From NCBI GenBank assembly GCA_963767925.1, contig CAVYGB010000010.1:288001-352000 (forward strand): a stretch of DNA of 64,000 nucleotides, written 5' to 3'. A program made the translations under genes and the position numbers. The DNA is from an uncultured delta proteobacterium (GTDB taxonomy: Bacteria; Myxococcota_A; Polyangia; Fen-1088). A model generated the notes under the pieces. The model made no database searches. It was given only the letters and a program-made list of their open reading frames with translations, and was not told where the DNA came from. Below, piece by piece: positions 1 to 10,590 of the stretch (position 1 is the first letter of the stretch; each line of letters starts with the position of its first letter).

Positions 1-2
1 TC

Positions 3-764
3 TTCCTGACCCACGGCCGCGTGAGCCGCGTGTACCCCTTCGCCTACATCTCGGAAGGGGACGAGCGGTACCCCCTGCTCACCGCCACCTCCCCGGGCCG
101 GCGAACCTTGCTGATCACGGCCGGCTTTCACGGGGACGAGGTGGCCGGGCCTCTGACCTTGCTCGAGCACTTCGCCGAGATCGAGGCCTACGCCCGCGAG
201 CGGGAGGTCGGCCTCCGGATCTACCCCTGCCTCAACCCGTCGGGCTTCGAGGACGGCACCCGCTACAACCGGAGCAAGGAAGCCCCCAACAACGACTTCC
301 TCCGCTACGAGCTGACGCCGGGAGTCTGGGCCGGCGAGCTCGGTCCCGGGCAGACCTTCATCAGTCACCGGGTGTTCACCGAAGGGCCCAAGGAGACGCG
401 GGCCCTGTCGGCGGAGCTCGAGACCTTGCCCACGCCCGACGCGGCCCTCGACATACACCAGGATCCCTACCTGCCGGACGCGTTGAGCTACGCCTACAGC
501 TTCGGGGACAACGCCCCCTACCGGCCGCTGCTCGCGGCGACCGATCGGGTGCTCCCGGTCGCCACCAGCTCGCTGGTCGACGACGACGTGGAGACCGACG
601 CGGAGGGGCTGGTCAAGCTCCACGACGGCAGCGTGACCGACTACTTCCACCGGCGCGGCGTCCCCTGGACGGTGGCGCTCGAGACCACCACCGCCTCGCC
701 CATGGAGGCCTGCCACGCCGTCAACCTGGTCTGGATCAAGGGCTTCATCGACCTGCTGAGCTGA
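3..764 (+). CDS. Succinylglutamate desuccinylase/aspartoacylase (M14-like) family metallohydrolase, probably 5'-truncated by the window edge
   Basis: Motifs AGFHGDE, LNPSGF, LDIHQD and a C-terminal LET. The frame is open from position 3 upstream of the GTG at 21. Confidence 0.75.
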   Translation, partial: FLTHGRVSRVYPFAYISEGDERYPLLTATSPGRRTLLITAGFHGDEVAGPLTLLEHFAEIEAYAREREVGLRIYPCLNPSGFEDGTRYNRSKEAPNNDFLRYELTPGVWAGELGPGQTFISHRVFTEGPKETRALSAELETLPTPDAALDIHQDPYLPDALSYAYSFGDNAPYRPLLAATDRVLPVATSSLVDDDVETDAEGLVKLHDGSVTDYFHRRGVPWTVALETTTASPMEACHAVNLVWIKGFIDLLS

Positions 765-770
765 GGGCGG

Positions 771-3233
771 TCACTCGGGCTGGAAGCGGGCCGCGCCCCG
801 GGCGCGGTCGGCTTCCAGGTCGAGGACGAAGCGGCCCGCGGTGGGGCCCTCCGGCTGCGGCCAGGTGAGCTTGCGGGTCTTGCCGCGCGCCACCAGCTCG
901 CGGAGCTGGGCGTCGGTCAGGCGCTTGCCAGCGGCCTCGAACCAGATCACGAAGCCGCAGCCGTCGCGCCAGCGGGTGCAGCCCCAGCCGCGCCGGCCGG
1001 CGAGGACCCGCCCCTCCTTGCAGCGCGGGCAGCCGAGGTCGTCGGCGGCAGGGGGCGGGGTTGTCGCTCCCGGCGCGGCCGGCGCCTTGCGCGGGCGCGC
1101 GCGCGGCGGGGACGGCGTGGCCGCCGGAGGAGCCGAGGACCGAGCGCTCCGGATCGCGGCCGGGGGCGAGGGCGACGAGCGGGGCGCCGGGCGCGAGGGC
1201 GGGCGGCGGTTGCCGGCGGGAGCGGCGGCCATGGCCGGGATGGCGGGCGTGGCGCGGATGGCGTCGACGATCTCGGCGACGTAGCGGGCGATGTCGCGCA
1301 TGAAGGCGTCGCGCCGGTCACCGCCGCGGGCGATGCGGGCCAGCCGCGCCTCCCAGCTCCCGGTCAGCTCGGCCGAGGCCAGGCTGGGCACCGGGAGCGC
1401 GTCGAGCAGGGCCATCCCGGTGGGCGTCGGGTGCAAGGTCTTGCCCTCGCGCCGGACGAAGGCCCGCTTGATGAGCGTCTCGATGGTGGCGGCGCGGGTG
1501 GCGGGGGTGCCGAGGCCGGTGTCTTTCATCGCCCGGCGCAGCTCCTCGTCCTCGATGCCGCGGCCGGCGGTCTCCATCGCCGACAGCAGGGTGGCCTCGC
1601 TGTAGCGAGGCGGCGGGCGGGTCTGCCCGGGCGCGCGGACGAAGGCCCCCTCGAGCCGCTGCCCCTCGGTCAGCGGGGGCAGGGCCGCCTCCCGGGGCGC
1701 CCGGTCACCCGCCTCCTCGGGCGGGCCGAACCCCGCCACCTCCTGCCAGCCCGCCGCCAGCCGCACCCGGCCCCGCGCCCGGAACCGGTCGGGCGGCGGC
1801 GGCAGCTTCTCGATGAGCGGCTCGTCGTCGGCGGCGTCGCCCTTCTCGAGCTTCCGCTCGGCGCCGGTGGGCGTCGCGGGGGCCGGCCCCTCGGGCGCCT
1901 TGTCGACCATCCCCTCCCCCTCCCCCGCCCGCCCCTCTCCCACCCGCACCATCGCCTCGGCGGAGGCGAACTCGGCGTCGGGGAAGAAGGCGCCCAGGAA
2001 GCGGCGGGCCACCAGGTCGAAGACGTTGCGCTCATCGCGGCCCAGCGCCGGCAGATCGACCCCCTTGCCGGTGGGGATGATGGCGTGGTGGTCCTCGACC
2101 TTGCTGTCGTCGAAGATGCGCCGGTTGCCGACCCCCGGCGGCTCGGGGGCCTGCAGCAGGCGGCTGGCGAAGGGGGCGTAGTCGGGCACGGCCGCCAGGG
2201 TCTGGAACAGCCGGGGCATGGTGGGCGCCAGGTCGCGGGTCAGGTACCGCGAATCGGTGCGCGGGTAGGTGAGGATCTTGTGGGTCTCGTACAGCGCCTG
2301 GGCGATCTCCAGGGTCCGGGAGGCCGACAGCCCGAAGCGGCGGTTGGCCGTCCGCTGCAACGAGGTCAGGTCGAACAGCAGCGGCGGCGGCTCGCGCAGG
2401 GTCTTCTGCTGCATGCGCTCGACCACCGGACCGGCCGGGTCGTCGCGGCCGGCGTGGCGGCCCAGCCGCTCCAGCAGCGCCTCGGCCTCGGCGGCGTCCG
2501 CGAGGCGGGTGCGGCGCGCGTGGGTGAAGGTCGCCTCGAAGCGTTCGCCCCCGGCGGTGGTGAAGGTGCCGCGCACCTCCCAGTAGTCCCGGGGGATGAA
2601 GCGCGCGATGGCCCTCTCTCGCCTGACCAGCAGGGCCAGGGTCGGCGTCTGCACCCGGCCGATGGAATAGAGGGGCGAATCGGGCCCGCTGCGGTGACGG
2701 ACGGTGACCGCCCGGGTGGCGTTCAGCCCCACCAGCCAGTCGGCCTCGGAGCGGCAGCGGGCGGCGTCACCGAGGGCGTCGTACTCCGCGCCCGCCCGGA
2801 GCTGGGCGAAGCCCCGGCGCACCGCCTCGTCGGTGAGCGAGGAGATCCAGAGGCGCCGCACCGGCAGGCGGCTGCCGCACAGGTCGTAGACGTAACGGAA
2901 GATGAGCTCGCCCTCCCGGCCGGCGTCGCAGGCGTTGACCACCTCCGTGAAGCGGCGGTCGCGCAGCAGGACCTTCAAGGCGGCGAGCTGGTCGCGGCCG
3001 CTCGCGACCGGGCGCAGCTTGAAGCGGGCGGGCAACATGGGGAGGGTGTCGAGGCGCCAGGCCTTCCAGCGCGGGTCGTAGGCCGCCGGCTCGTCCAGCT
3101 CGACGAGGTGGCCGACGCACCAGCTGATGACCCGCTCTTGCCCCTCGAAGGCCCCCCGCCCGGTCGGGCGCACGCCCAGCACGCGCGCGAGATCGCGCGC
3201 CACGGAGGGCTTCTCGGCCACGATGAGCTGCAT
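771..3233 (-). CDS. topB: DNA topoisomerase III (type IA)
   Basis: IVAEKPSVA Toprim start, NACDAGREGELIF, SIGRVQTPTL, catalytic TYPRTDS, GLGTPATRA and a C-terminal CPRC...GC...C zinc ribbon. Confidence 0.92.
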   Translation of the reverse strand: MQLIVAEKPSVARDLARVLGVRPTGRGAFEGQERVISWCVGHLVELDEPAAYDPRWKAWRLDTLPMLPARFKLRPVASGRDQLAALKVLLRDRRFTEVVNACDAGREGELIFRYVYDLCGSRLPVRRLWISSLTDEAVRRGFAQLRAGAEYDALGDAARCRSEADWLVGLNATRAVTVRHRSGPDSPLYSIGRVQTPTLALLVRRERAIARFIPRDYWEVRGTFTTAGGERFEATFTHARRTRLADAAEAEALLERLGRHAGRDDPAGPVVERMQQKTLREPPPLLFDLTSLQRTANRRFGLSASRTLEIAQALYETHKILTYPRTDSRYLTRDLAPTMPRLFQTLAAVPDYAPFASRLLQAPEPPGVGNRRIFDDSKVEDHHAIIPTGKGVDLPALGRDERNVFDLVARRFLGAFFPDAEFASAEAMVRVGEGRAGEGEGMVDKAPEGPAPATPTGAERKLEKGDAADDEPLIEKLPPPPDRFRARGRVRLAAGWQEVAGFGPPEEAGDRAPREAALPPLTEGQRLEGAFVRAPGQTRPPPRYSEATLLSAMETAGRGIEDEELRRAMKDTGLGTPATRAATIETLIKRAFVRREGKTLHPTPTGMALLDALPVPSLASAELTGSWEARLARIARGGDRRDAFMRDIARYVAEIVDAIRATPAIPAMAAAPAGNRRPPSRPAPRSSPSPPAAIRSARSSAPPAATPSPPRARPRKAPAAPGATTPPPAADDLGCPRCKEGRVLAGRRGWGCTRWRDGCGFVIWFEAAGKRLTDAQLRELVARGKTRKLTWPQPEGPTAGRFVLDLEADRARGAARFQPE

Positions 3234-3313
3234 GGGACGGCGGGGGCCAGTCTAGAACGACGCGAGCGGCCCGGGCCCTTCCTTATCGCCGCCTGGGCGC
3301 CGCCGGTTTCGCG

Positions 3314-5467
3314 TCAGTGCAGCAGGCCCACGCTGGGGACCACCAGGGCCACGGTGACGGGGGCGCTGCGCAGGAGGCGCTCGTTGTCCGCCCCGAAGTA
3401 GAGCCGGTTCTGGATGGCCCGGTTCTCGGCGCCGATCACCACCAGGTCGTAGGCCCCCGAGGCGGCCTCGTTGGCCAGGGCCCCCTCGTAGAGGTCGGCG
3501 CTGAGCTGCAGGAGCCGGGGACGGCGCTCGACCGTCGAGAGGATGGGGGTGATCCGGCGCAAGGCCTCGTCGTCGATGCCGCTCGAGGACTCCTCGGTGT
3601 CGCCGGCCGCGCCCCCCGGCAGGGCGCCGAGCACCGCCACCGTGAGGGCGGCCTGGGCGACGTCGGCGTAGCGGACGGCGAACTCCACCGCCACCCGGGA
3701 GAACACCCCCCCGTCGAAGCAGGCCAGGATGCGCTGGTACTTCTGCTCCTCGCCCCGGGTCTTGACGATGCAGACGTGGCAAGGCGCCTGGCGGACCACG
3801 TCCTCCAGCACCGCGCCCCCCAGCCAGCGTCCGTGGCTGGAGGCGCCGAGGACGATGAGGTCGAACCCCTTGCGGGCCTCCTGCACGATGGCCACCGCGA
3901 CGTCGCTGTGGTTCACCTCCCGCACCGAGCTGCGCAGGCCGGCGGTCGAGATGGTCCGGTGCAGGGCGCTGGGACGGTCGGTGTCCTCCTGGCGGCGCGA
4001 GGGATCGAAGAGCCGCAAGACGCGATCGAGCAAGGAGGTCGGCGCCTTCACGCTGAGCACCTCGACCGGGTGGGCGCTGCGCTGGGAGATGCCCGCCGCC
4101 AGGAGGATGGCCCCCGTGACGTTGGGGCCCCCCAGGGTGGGGACCAGCACCCGCACCCTGGCCGGATCGAAGGCCCCCTTGGAGCTCTCGGCCAGCATGC
4201 GCTTCTGCTCGTCTTCGGTCATGCGCACCTTGCGCATGGTGAGCCGCAGGCCCACCGGCGCCATGAAGGTTGTCACGACCGCCACCATCACGATTATGGA
4301 GAACATCTGCTGGTTGAGGATGCCCATCGACAGACCGATGGTGGCCACCACCAGCTCCATCGCCCCCCGGGCGTTCATGGCCACCGCGATGGAGAGCCCC
4401 TCCCAGAAGCGCAGGCCCCCCCAGATGCTGCCGAGGGTGCAGCCGACCAGCTTGCCGAGGCAGGCGATGGTGAGCACCAGGGCCAGCACCTTGCCGCTCT
4501 CGATGCTGCCCAGGTTCACCTTGAGGCCCACGGTGGCGAAGAACACCGGGGCCAGGATGGCGAAGACGAACGACTCGAGCCGGCGAACGGTGTCGGTGCT
4601 CAGCTCGGGGACCTGGCGGAACAGGGTGCCGGCGATGAAGGCCCCGAAGATGGCGTGGATCCCGATCCACTCGGTGGCGGCGCCACACAGCAGGGTCACC
4701 ACGATGAGCACCACCAGGTCGCTGTCGGGGGTGCGGAAGCGGCGGGTGATGGCGATGAGGCGCCGGGAGGCCGGGTAGATGACGAAGCCGACCGCCGCCA
4801 CGAAGCCGGCGGTCAGCAGCAGGGTGAACAGGAGCTGGCCCAGGCGCACCTGCCCGTGGGAGGCCAGGCCGGCGATGACCGACAGCACGAGCCAGCCCGC
4901 GGTGTCGTCGACGACGCCGGCCGAGAGGATGACCACGCCGATGTTGCGCCGGGTGAGGTCGAGGTCGTGCAGGATCTTGGCGATCACCGGCATGGCCGAG
5001 ATGGCCATCGCGGTGGCGAGAAAGAGGCTGAACAGGATGCGCCGGTCGGGCTGGGCCAGGTAGGCGTCGGGCATGAACAGGCCCAGCCCGAACCCGGTGG
5101 CGAAGGGGAACAACATGCCCATCGTGGAGGCGATGAGCGCGGCCCGACCGAGGTTGCGCAGCAGGCGCAGGTCGGTCTCGATCCCGGTCAGCAGCAGCAG
5201 CAGGACCATGCCCAGGGTCCCCACCGCGTCGAGGAGGAGGAACTGACCGGGGTTGGGCGGGAAGAGTCGGGAGAAGACCTGGGGCGCGAAGGCGCCCAGC
5301 ACGCTGGGGCCCAGCACGATGCCGGCCGACAGCTCACCGAGGACGGTCGGCAGCGACATGCGGCGGCACAGCTCGGCGCCCATGCGGGCCACCAGCAGCA
5401 ACACCGCCATCTGCAGCAGCAGCAGGAAGATGGAGTGTCCTGCAGGTGGGACCAGGGCGGCGGCCAT
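3314..5467 (-). CDS. Cation:proton antiporter (CPA2/Kef-like) with C-terminal universal-stress-protein domains
   Basis: About 12 hydrophobic segments with GELSAGIVLGPS, ISAMPVIAKIL, VVDD and MNARGAMELVV, then two USP-like repeats (DLIVLGAS, DLVVIGAE). Confidence 0.88.
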   Translation of the reverse strand: MAAALVPPAGHSIFLLLLQMAVLLLVARMGAELCRRMSLPTVLGELSAGIVLGPSVLGAFAPQVFSRLFPPNPGQFLLLDAVGTLGMVLLLLLTGIETDLRLLRNLGRAALIASTMGMLFPFATGFGLGLFMPDAYLAQPDRRILFSLFLATAMAISAMPVIAKILHDLDLTRRNIGVVILSAGVVDDTAGWLVLSVIAGLASHGQVRLGQLLFTLLLTAGFVAAVGFVIYPASRRLIAITRRFRTPDSDLVVLIVVTLLCGAATEWIGIHAIFGAFIAGTLFRQVPELSTDTVRRLESFVFAILAPVFFATVGLKVNLGSIESGKVLALVLTIACLGKLVGCTLGSIWGGLRFWEGLSIAVAMNARGAMELVVATIGLSMGILNQQMFSIIVMVAVVTTFMAPVGLRLTMRKVRMTEDEQKRMLAESSKGAFDPARVRVLVPTLGGPNVTGAILLAAGISQRSAHPVEVLSVKAPTSLLDRVLRLFDPSRRQEDTDRPSALHRTISTAGLRSSVREVNHSDVAVAIVQEARKGFDLIVLGASSHGRWLGGAVLEDVVRQAPCHVCIVKTRGEEQKYQRILACFDGGVFSRVAVEFAVRYADVAQAALTVAVLGALPGGAAGDTEESSSGIDDEALRRITPILSTVERRPRLLQLSADLYEGALANEAASGAYDLVVIGAENRAIQNRLYFGADNERLLRSAPVTVALVVPSVGLLH

Positions 5468-5606
5468 TTTGCGAACACGTTATCAGAGCCGGTGCGTCGC
5501 CGTCGCTGGCGCCGCGGTGGAGACCAGACCCGAGAGAGCAGGCGCGCTGTAGCGAGATCGGGGGGCAAGCGTGCACGGCGGGGCCGTGGTAGCCTTCGCA
5601 CCGCCT

Positions 5607-6344
5607 ATGTTCACTCTGATCCTTTCGTCGATCGTGGCGATCGCCCTCTTCACGGTCGGGGTGATCGCCTTCGACGTGATCTCCGGGCTGGCGCTGGGCC
5701 TGGTGCCCGCCGTCGCCCTCGCCGTGCTGCTGATGCGGCGCGGGCGCAAGCCGGTCGAGGCCGGCATGAAGGAGATCGAGGCGCACATGAAGAACCAGCG
5801 CTTCGAGAAGGCGATCGCCTCGCTCGAGGCGCTGCGCCCGCTGGCCCGCTGGCAGCCCGGCCTGGGCAGCTCGATCGACGCCCAGATCGGCATGGTCCGC
5901 TACGCCCACATGCGCGACTTCGAGGGCGCCCGCCCCAACCTCGAGCGGGCCCACCGCAAGATCTGGCAGGCCTCGGCCATGCTGGCGGCGGCTCACTTCA
6001 AGAAGGAGCGCTACGACGACATGCGGGCGGTGTTCGAGCGGGCGGTGTCCCGGAACAAGAAAGAGGCCATGCTCTGGCTGGTCTACGGCTACTGCGAGTG
6101 GAAGCGCGGCGCGCGCAACGAGGCCATCTCCGTCTTGACCCGGGCCCAGACCAGCTGCCCCGCAGACGAGCGGATCAAGAACCAGCTCGGCGCGCTCAAG
6201 AACGGCAAGAAGGTGAAGATGCCGCCCCACGACCCCGAGTGGCTGGCCCTGCACCTCGAGCGCACGATGCCGACCGGCGGGCAGGCCAAGCCGCGTTTCC
6301 TCCCTCCCGCCAAGCGGATCGGCGTCCGTTACACGCGCAGCTAG
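5607..6344 (+). CDS. Membrane-anchored TPR-like protein
   Basis: Two N-terminal TM segments followed by helical TPR-like repeats. Its TAG stop is the CTAG end of the repeat element at 6341. Confidence 0.6.
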   Translation: MFTLILSSIVAIALFTVGVIAFDVISGLALGLVPAVALAVLLMRRGRKPVEAGMKEIEAHMKNQRFEKAIASLEALRPLARWQPGLGSSIDAQIGMVRYAHMRDFEGARPNLERAHRKIWQASAMLAAAHFKKERYDDMRAVFERAVSRNKKEAMLWLVYGYCEWKRGARNEAISVLTRAQTSCPADERIKNQLGALKNGKKVKMPPHDPEWLALHLERTMPTGGQAKPRFLPPAKRIGVRYTRS

Positions 6345-6400
6345 TCCCCTGGAACAGTGAAGTCTCGCATATGTCGGCGAGGCTCTGTTCCAGAGGCCAG
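6341..6400. mobile_element. Internally deleted copy of a MITE-like inverted-repeat element
   Basis: CTAGTCCCCTGGAACAGTGAAGTCTCGCATATGTCGGCGAGGC matches the left arm at 60628-60670 and is followed directly by a degenerate right end CTGTTCCAGAGGCCAG. Confidence 0.7.
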
Positions 6401-6415
6401 AGCCGCGACGACGGC

Positions 6416-7420
6416 CTAGAAGGCCGCGACGCGCTCGAGGACCCAGAAGCAGGCCAGCGCGCCGACCGCGTAGGCGGTCACCAGCTTTCCCGGCAGGGGC
6501 CGCAGCCGGGGCAGCCGGGCCAGCAGGCGGGTGGCCAGCAGGACCACTGCCACGAACAGGAGCTGGCCGACCTCCACCCCCAGGTTGAAGGTCAGCAGGG
6601 CCAGGGGGACGTCGCCCTCGGGCAGGCCGACCTGGCCGAGGGCGCCGGCGAAGCCGAGGCCGTGCAGCAGGCCGAAGGCGAAGGCGACCGGCCAGGAGCG
6701 GCGCGCGCCGAGGCCGGGACGGCCCCGGGCGAGCAGCCAGAGCTCGCGCGCCACGAACACGATCGACAGGGCGATGACCGCCTCGACCGGGGCCGGCGGG
6801 ATCTGGACCAGCCCCAGGCTGGCCAGGGCCAGGGTCAGGCTGTGCGCGGCGGTGAAGGCGGTGATGGTCTTGACGAGCGCGGACAGCGAGGCCGCGAGCA
6901 GCGTCAAGGCCAGCACGAACAGCAGGTGATCGACGCCGGTGAGGATGTGCTCGACGCCGAGCCGCAGGTACGTGCCGGCCACCGCCAGGGCCCCGGGCGC
7001 CCGGGGCACCACGAAGCCACCCCGCCCGGGGACGATCCGACCGGTCACCGTGCGCCCATCGAGGGCGGCGATGCGCACCAGCACCTCGCCCGGCTTGCCG
7101 CCGGAGCCGGCCCGGCCCGCGCGCACGTCGAGGGTCCGGCCGGCCAGCCCGCCGGGGGCCCGCACCCGCAGGCGCTCGACCGCCATGTCCCCCACCTGCA
7201 TGCGCGCGGCCGCCCCCTCGGGCAGCACACCCGGCGGCCAGATGGGCGCGGGCGGGCCGGCCACCGTCAGCTCGATCGGGATCCGCCAGACCACCTCGTA
7301 AAGGCCCGGGGTCAGCTCGTCGAGCGACAGCAGCGAGGGCGTGAGCGGGTGACCCGCGGCCGCGCCCGGCAGCAGCGCCGTGGCGAAAACGCCGGCGAGC
7401 AGCGGGCCGGCGCACCTCAC
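6416..7420 (-). CDS. HupE/UreJ family membrane protein
   Basis: LGVEHILTGVDHLLFV, TAFTAAHSLTL, VEAVIALSI, FGLLHGLGFAG and FNLGVEVGQL; signal peptide ending AAAGH. Confidence 0.9.
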   Translation of the reverse strand: MRCAGPLLAGVFATALLPGAAAGHPLTPSLLSLDELTPGLYEVVWRIPIELTVAGPPAPIWPPGVLPEGAAARMQVGDMAVERLRVRAPGGLAGRTLDVRAGRAGSGGKPGEVLVRIAALDGRTVTGRIVPGRGGFVVPRAPGALAVAGTYLRLGVEHILTGVDHLLFVLALTLLAASLSALVKTITAFTAAHSLTLALASLGLVQIPPAPVEAVIALSIVFVARELWLLARGRPGLGARRSWPVAFAFGLLHGLGFAGALGQVGLPEGDVPLALLTFNLGVEVGQLLFVAVVLLATRLLARLPRLRPLPGKLVTAYAVGALACFWVLERVAAF

Positions 7421-8360
7421 GGGGCCGCTTGTCTCCCGAGCAGCGGCGCCAGGAGGGGCGCGCCGGAGAGGGCCTTGCGGGTCGGGGGGTCGAGCTCGAT
7501 GCGGTAGCGGGGCGCCAGGCGCTCGGCGGCCGCCCGCAGCCCGCGCGTCTCGCTGGTGAGCCAGTCGGCGCGCACGTGTTTGCGCGCCTCCTCGAAGGTC
7601 GGCACCCGCTCGGGCTCGCGCTGGCGGACGCGCACGAGGTGCACCCCGAAGCTGCTGGTCAGCGGCCCCGACCAGGTGGCGAGCGGCGCCCCGAACAGAC
7701 CGCCCGCGAAGGCCGAGCCATAGAGGTGCGCCACCTGGGTGTCGGTCCGCTCGGACATCTGGGCGGGCAACACGAAGCTGTCGCCCAGGCCGGGCGGGGG
7801 GGATCGGCCGGCCCGCGCTGGACCAGGGTGGCCAGCGCGGCCTGGGCGGCGGCGCGGGGGTCGCCCCGCAGCTTGGCGTCGAAGTAGAGCTGCTCGAACC
7901 AGATCCGCGCCGGCTGGCGGAAGCGGTGGCGGTAGACCTCGTACCAGCGCTGGAGCTGCGCCTCCGACGGCTCGCCCGGGGCGGCCTGGGGCCGGACCAG
8001 CACGGTCATCTTCTCGATGAGCCGGCGCCGCACCACCTCGTCGTCGACGTCGAGGCCCAGGGTGGTGGCCTCGCGGTAGAGGATCTCCTCGCTGAGGAAG
8101 GTCTGCGCCAGGTCAGCCAGTTCGGCCGGCGAAGGCTCGCGTTTCCAGGCGGCGGCGTAGCTGCCGCGCAGGGTCTCGATCTCGGCCGCGCCGAGCTGAA
8201 CCACCCGGGCGCGGGGCGCCGCCGCCACCGGAGTGGGGTCCGCTCGCACAAGCCCGTACAGCAAGAACAGGGCACCGCCCAGCAAGACGAAGTGGGTCAA
8301 GGGCTCGCGCAGCAGCCTGGCGAGCGCGGCCCTGCGCGTGGGGCGGGGAGATCGGGTCAT
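7417..8360 (-). CDS. PpiC/rotamase-type peptidyl-prolyl isomerase, frameshifted near 7796-7802
   Basis: N-half LLREPLTHFVLLG...EEILYREA..LGLD..DEVVRRRL and C-half WSGPLTSSFGVHLV. The halves join if one base is added to the 7-nt G/C run. Confidence 0.8.
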
Positions 8361-8611
8361 GGACGGCGCGAAGCCGCCGCCACAGTATCACGGGGCCAGC
8401 GCCGGTAACGCCGCGCAAGGGAACAGCGGCGGTGCGAGAGGCGCAACGTGGGATGCTGGCGGCCAACGCACGCAACGAACCCGCTGGGAGCCCCCCGGTC
8501 TCTCCTGGGGCGTTTGTGTGTGGTAAGCTGCATCTCTTCGATGCGGCCCGGCCCGTCCGCCAACGCTCACGCGACGAGAGATCCCGCCCGTCGTTCCATC
8601 AGGAGGTCGAG

Positions 8612-9484
8612 ATGACTACCGAGAGTTCCGTCGTGGTCGCGCTTCGCGAGGTTCGCCGCCTGGAGCTCGAACGGCAGCGACGGGAACAGGAGACCCGCAA
8701 GCGCGAGCACGACGAGGAACGGAGCCGGGCGGCGGAGAACGCGCAGCGGGCGTCGATCCAGTACGGACCCGGCGTCGCCCCCTATGTCAGCGGCCAGGGC
8801 TGGGGTGGTCAAGGGCAGGAAGCCGCGCACCCGCCCGAGGCCTACGCCCACCCGGTACGGCGTACCACCGAGGTCGTGCCCCTGGCCGCCCAGGCCTACG
8901 CCGAATCGCAGAGCGTCCCCGCCCCCCCGCCCGGCTGGCTGGAAGAGGGCGTCGCGTTTCGTCCGGCTCCCCGGCAAAAATCGCGCTTCGGCGCGGTGCT
9001 GGTGACCCTGCTGTTCAGCGCGACGGCGGCCGCCGCCGGGTACTGGAAGCTCAGCGGCGAGTGGCAGTCGTCCCTCGCCCGGGTGGAGGCGGAGCGGGAC
9101 CAGCTCGAGGAGCAGCGGAACGAGGCGGTCGCCGCCCGTTCCAAGACCGAGCAGGAGCTGAAGGTCCGGGTGGCCGACCTGCAGACCCGGCTGACCGTGG
9201 CCAACACGAAGAACCAGGCGGTCGAGTCGGCGCTGGCCGCGCGGGAAGAGGCCGAGGACGTAGGCATGGCGGCGGCGCCGCCCTTGCCGTCGAAGCGCTT
9301 CAACCGCATGGGCGGCCGGCGGGGCCGGGGGGCGGCGATGCGCAAATTTCCGCCGGCGGCCGGCAAGCCGGTCGAGCCCCAGATGAAGATGGGCCCCGGC
9401 CCGGGCGGAGAAGACCGGCCGAGCCCCCGGGTGGCGAAGAAGAAGAACCTCTCGGACGATCCGCTGGGCGGCCTGCGCCTCTAG
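8612..9484 (+). CDS. Hypothetical single-pass membrane coiled-coil protein
   Basis: AGGAGG RBS at 8601, charged coil, one TM segment (FGAVLVTLLFSATAAAAGYW), second coil, C-terminal DDPLGGL. Confidence 0.65.
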   Translation: MTTESSVVVALREVRRLELERQRREQETRKREHDEERSRAAENAQRASIQYGPGVAPYVSGQGWGGQGQEAAHPPEAYAHPVRRTTEVVPLAAQAYAESQSVPAPPPGWLEEGVAFRPAPRQKSRFGAVLVTLLFSATAAAAGYWKLSGEWQSSLARVEAERDQLEEQRNEAVAARSKTEQELKVRVADLQTRLTVANTKNQAVESALAAREEAEDVGMAAAPPLPSKRFNRMGGRRGRGAAMRKFPPAAGKPVEPQMKMGPGPGGEDRPSPRVAKKKNLSDDPLGGLRL

Positions 9485-9525
9485 CCCTCACCCCTCCCCT
9501 CTCCCCGCTGCCGCGGGGCGAGGGC
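9485..9525. repeat. REP-like palindrome between convergent genes
   Basis: CCCTCACCCCTCCCCTCTCCCCGC..GCGGGGCGAGGG is related to the units at 60820-60941. Confidence 0.55.
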
Positions 9526-9588
9526 GAACAGGCCGCGGGGCTCCGATATCCGCGCGACTCCCCCCGGATCGCCACTCGCTTGGCCGCG

Positions 9589-10332
9589 CTAGAAGTAGCG
9601 GCCGAGGACCCGGGCCACCCGGGACGCGGGGTCCGGGAACGTCTCCAGGTGCAGGTGGTCCCGGTGATCGGCGTCGTCGTCGGGGGTGATGATCACCCGG
9701 AAGGCGCTGTGGTGTTTCAGCCGGCAGGCGAGCTGGCGCAGCCGGCGGGCGGCCGCGCTGCGGGGACGGCCGACGCAGCCGTCGAGGTCGCCCTCTCGGG
9801 CGGAGAGTCCCCGCCAGCGGCCGGAGCCCATCTCGAAGTCCCGCTTCACGTCGAAGCTGCCCGCCGGTCCGGACAGCGAATGCACGTCGATGGCGAGCCC
9901 GAAGGCGTGGGCGGACATCTGGTCGGACCGCCGCCGCGTCCGGTAGTCGTAGGCGCCCGAGAACGAGAGCTCGTCGATCCCCGCCGCGCGCACGATGGGC
10001 GCGGCCTCGGATAGGGCACGGGCCAGCTCGCAGTCCATGAGGGCGGGTCGGCCCGCGCGCGGCTTGAGCCGGACACCCCCCAGCTCGCCGACGATCTGCA
10101 CCGGCGTGCGGATCCCCCGGGTGGGCGGGGCGGCGAGGAACGGCACGTTCAGGGTCCGCAGATGGCGCAGGCACTCCGTGTCGGGGCCCGCCGCCCCCCG
10201 CGGCGGTAGCTCGAGCCGGGGCGGTGCGACGCTCTCCTCCGCGCAGCTCGAGAGCAACGCGGCCAGCAGGACCGCCGCCAGACGCTCCGCTGTCGCCGAA
10301 GGGGGAAGGCACCGCACCGCGCGCATCGACAT
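9589..10332 (-). CDS. Extensin-like C-terminal domain lipoprotein
   Basis: Lipobox-like LLSSC; GAYDYR...MSAHAFGLAIDV and C-terminal TPDDDADHRDHLHLE. Confidence 0.75.
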   Translation of the reverse strand: MSMRAVRCLPPSATAERLAAVLLAALLSSCAEESVAPPRLELPPRGAAGPDTECLRHLRTLNVPFLAAPPTRGIRTPVQIVGELGGVRLKPRAGRPALMDCELARALSEAAPIVRAAGIDELSFSGAYDYRTRRRSDQMSAHAFGLAIDVHSLSGPAGSFDVKRDFEMGSGRWRGLSAREGDLDGCVGRPRSAAARRLRQLACRLKHHSAFRVIITPDDDADHRDHLHLETFPDPASRVARVLGRYF

Positions 10333-10574
10333 CGCAACCTTAAGACGGTCGAGGGGCCCGCGCCATCTTCGGGGAGGGTGCGTCCGTGGCCGCGATCGCC
10401 ACCGGCGGGAGGATCGGGCGAAGGAAAAAGATGCGGCCGCCGCGAGCGGGGAAAGCCCCCGATTTCCGCACCGGTAACACCGGTTACCGCACGGTCACGG
10501 CCGGTTGCAGGCTGCGGACGCGGCCAGCGGCTTCATCTCCAGCGATCTCGGTCAGTTGAAGGGGCCACCGGCCG

Positions 10575-10590
10575 TGGCACGTCGATTGAA
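10575..10590 (+). promoter_or_regulatory. Candidate sigma54 (-24/-12) promoter
   Basis: TGGCACGTCGATTGAA gives GG-N10-GA, a variant of GG-N10-GC. A palindrome CGGTAAC-N4-GTTACCG lies at 10472-10489. Confidence 0.5.

Noticed and set aside
7790..7805. PPIase G-run as a phase-variation tract
   Set aside because: The run is only 7 nt in a very GC-rich genome with other indel errors. It cannot be distinguished from an artefact without reads.
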